In this document: positions 63,050 through 64,000 of the stretch, piece after piece
Layout of the letters: every line of letters starts with the position of its first letter
Position numbering within the stretch: the first letter of the stretch is position 1
NCBI RefSeq assembly: GCF_004010195.1
Contig: NC_057720.1
Span: 6,686,491-6,750,490, forward strand
DNA: 64,000 nucleotides
Direction: 5' to 3'
From: Chiloscyllium plagiosum
Lineage: Eukaryota
Made by a program: the position numbers and the translations under genes
Notes under the pieces: model-generated
Databases searched by the model: none
Told to the model about the DNA's origin: nothing
The model's input: the letters and a program-made list of their open reading frames with translations, nothing else

Positions 63050-63990
63050 CAAGAGTTTAAGGTGTTGCATTTTGGTGAAGCATACCAGGGCAGGACTTAC
63101 ACAGTCCCTGGTGGGGCTCCAGGGAGTGTTATTGAACAAAGAGATCCAGGGGTACAGGTTCATAGCTCCTTCATAATGGAGTGGTGGGTAGACAGGGCAT
63201 TGAAGAAGGTTTTCAGCATGCAAATGTTAAAAATCACACAACACCAGGTTATAGTCCAACAGGTTTAATTGGAAGCGCTAGCTTTCGGAGCGCCGCTCCT
63301 TCATCAGGTGATTGTGGAGGGCACAATTATACGGCACAGAATTTATAGCAAAAGTTTGCAGCGTGATGTAACTGAAATTATACATTGAAAAAGACCTTGA
63401 TTGTTTGTTAGCTTTCATCGTTCAGAGCACTGAGTATTGGAGATGGAAAGTCTTGTTGTAGCTGTAGAAGACATTGGTGAGGCCACATTGGGAACACTGC
63501 ATTCAGTTCTGATCGAGCTTTTATAGAAAGGATATTTTTAAACTAGAAAAAGTGCACAAAAGATTTGTTCGGATCCTACCCAGACTGGAAGCTTTGTGTT
63601 CTTAAGGATAGGCTGAGAGAGTTCGAGCCTAGGAAATGAGGAGTGACCTTATAGAAGCCTATAGAATCATGAGAGGTATAGATAAGACAGCTTTCCCCAT
63701 GGTCGGGGAGTCTAAACTAGAGGGCATAGGTTTAAGGAGAGAGGGGAGAGACACAAAGGGGACCTGAGGGCCAATAGTTTCTGAAACAGGTTGCTGGAGA
63801 TAGTGGTGGAAACGAGTACACTTTTGTTATTTGAGAAACATTTACACAGGCGCATGGATGGGATAAGTATGGAGGGATATGGACCAAACACAGGCAAATG
63901 GGACTAGATTAAATTGTGAAAAATAGGTGGCATGGGCAGGTTGGGCTGAAGAACCTGTTTTCATGCTGTAGACCTCTATGATTCTAAGAG
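63050..63990 (+). mobile_element. CR1 3' fragment with a family B element (63222-63422, minus)
   Basis: KVLHFG...EQRDPGVQVHSS; minus-strand CAC-CTGATGA-A-GGAGC-GGC-GCTCC-GAAA-GC-TA at 63276-63310. Confidence 0.85.
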
Positions 63991-64000
63991 TCATTTCACC

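Overview
Eukaryotic (vertebrate) non-coding DNA. The repeat content (V-domain tRNA-derived SINEs of the HE1 type, abundant CR1-clade LINE fragments, Deu-like SINEs) points to an elasmobranch (shark) genome; this is an inference. Much of the window is decayed mobile DNA: CR1 LINEs (often nested), a second CR1/L2-group LINE with a non-autonomous partner, Penelope-like elements (PLEs, one with a GIY-YIG remnant), a Tx1/L1-clade 3' end, a Rex1/Babar 3' end, solo LTRs and Tc1/mariner-type MITEs. There are two assembly gaps. I recognise no intact host protein-coding gene; the recognisable ORFs are retroelement fragments or their antisense frames. Highlights: (1) five sequence-divergent repeat families all keep a minimal type I hammerhead ribozyme core with compensatory stems, many as short head-to-head elements with long TSDs; (2) four poly(A)-tailed units sit stacked at the same site, the TATA box of a solo LTR; (3) a 66-nt 28S rRNA fragment lies at a CR1 junction; (4) a tRNA-headed SINE looks like a 5'+3' deletion derivative of a LINE. 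Repeat boundaries were set by eye and are approximate (about 10-30 bp).
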